A DNA stretch of 61,712 nucleotides, filler included, from Candidatus Babelota bacterium (lineage in GTDB: Bacteria; JAGOBX01): the NCBI GenBank assembly GCA_017999075.1. It is 10 parts of 10 records of this genome, joined end to end, with 100 filler letters (N's around TTAATTAATTAA, not from the genome) between each part and the next. Parts side by side here need not be neighbours in the genome. Positions count along the whole stretch, not along the records: positions 58,810 to 61,712 come from JAGOBX010000529.1; 9 more parts are not named here. One strand, written 5' to 3'. Shown here piece after piece: positions 61,008 through 61,712 of the stretch. The translations under genes and the position numbers were made by a program. How positions within the stretch are numbered: position 1 is the first letter of the stretch; the number at the start of each line of letters is the position of its first letter. Below the pieces are notes generated by a model. It was not told where the DNA came from, ran no database searches, and was given only the letters and a program-made list of their open reading frames with translations.

Positions 61008-61571
61008 TTATAAATTTATCAAATCACTCAAAGAAACAACTCTGCCAAGTGATTTTTGAAAAAAAAACAATTCGTTATTATGTGAATCCTCAGAACTCGA
61101 CGTCATACATTCTCTTATGAAAAATAAATTATACCCGAAATTATACGCATCTCGAGCAGTTGAGCTAACACAACATCCAGTAGTTAATCCTGAAAAATAT
61201 AAATTTTCAATTTTATAATTTTTCAATTTTTTTTTCAAATCAGTATCATAAAAACCGCTGTAAAATTTTTTTTTTACTATTATTTCATTTTGAATAGAAT
61301 CTTTCAATTCTTTTATTATTTCAGCGCCTGAGGTATTTTCAATACAATATTTCCTATTGAGTTCAATATCTTTTTTCCCCCAGTACTTCATTTCAGAAGA
61401 ATGTTCTGTTACAACATGAATAATAATCTGAAAATTTGATTTAAAAAAATTTTTAACTGCTAAAATATTTTTTATTATTTTTACAGAACCCGGGATATAA
61501 ACTGGACTCGATTCATTTTTAACGAAGTCATTTTGCATATCAATTACTAATAAGGCAGAATTTTCAATCAT
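61008..61571 (-). CDS. Isochorismatase-family cysteine hydrolase
   Basis: ALLVIDMQNDF, KKFYSGF, GLTTGCCVSSTARDA. Confidence 0.9.
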   Translation of the reverse strand: MIENSALLVIDMQNDFVKNESSPVYIPGSVKIIKNILAVKNFFKSNFQIIIHVVTEHSSEMKYWGKKDIELNRKYCIENTSGAEIIKELKDSIQNEIIVKKKFYSGFYDTDLKKKLKNYKIENLYFSGLTTGCCVSSTARDAYNFGYNLFFIRECMTSSSEDSHNNELFFFQKSLGRVVSLSDLINL

Positions 61572-61712
61572 ATATATTTTAACATCCGAATAATAATTAT
61601 TTTTTTATAAACTTTTCAATAATGTAATTTTATTCTCTAAAAACTGATAAAAAATTTTAGTTTTATATTTACCATTGACTAAATCTTTTAACATATTATT
61701 TATAGTTAATAA

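Overview
AT-rich window from a diderm bacterium, probably a MAG. It joins 10 contigs with artificial 100-nt N-TTAATTAATTAA-N linkers (2955-3054, 6006-6105, 19600-19699, 33158-33257, 36176-36275, 49685-49784, 52696-52795, 55703-55802, 58710-58809), so adjacency across linkers carries no meaning. The most interesting contig is 19700-33157, a co-oriented envelope cluster (CsgG/PEGA, two LPP20-like lipoproteins, FecR, DUF4384) ending in two paralogous secreted caspase-family (C14) genes. One has an intact His/Cys dyad. The other has lost both catalytic residues and is fused to an FGE-type C-type-lectin domain whose 3' end looks like a diversity-generating retroelement (DGR) variable region: 22 of 27 codons are NNC and a hairpin spans the stop codon. 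A decayed second copy of that 3' end lies 1.6 kb downstream and keeps the hairpin with a compensatory change. No RT or template repeat is visible in the window. The other contigs hold a 4290-aa secreted double-clostripain protein with a YPNP-type C-terminal domain next to a PorV-like gene, cobamide salvage genes (BtuB-like, cobU, cobT, cobS), a bamA fragment, nadB, tRNA-Gln(CTG), sdaAA/sdaAB, Bat-like genes, a phage-like initiator-DnaB module, several toxin-antitoxin loci and NamZ/MurU-like genes. All family calls come from motif recognition, not database searches.
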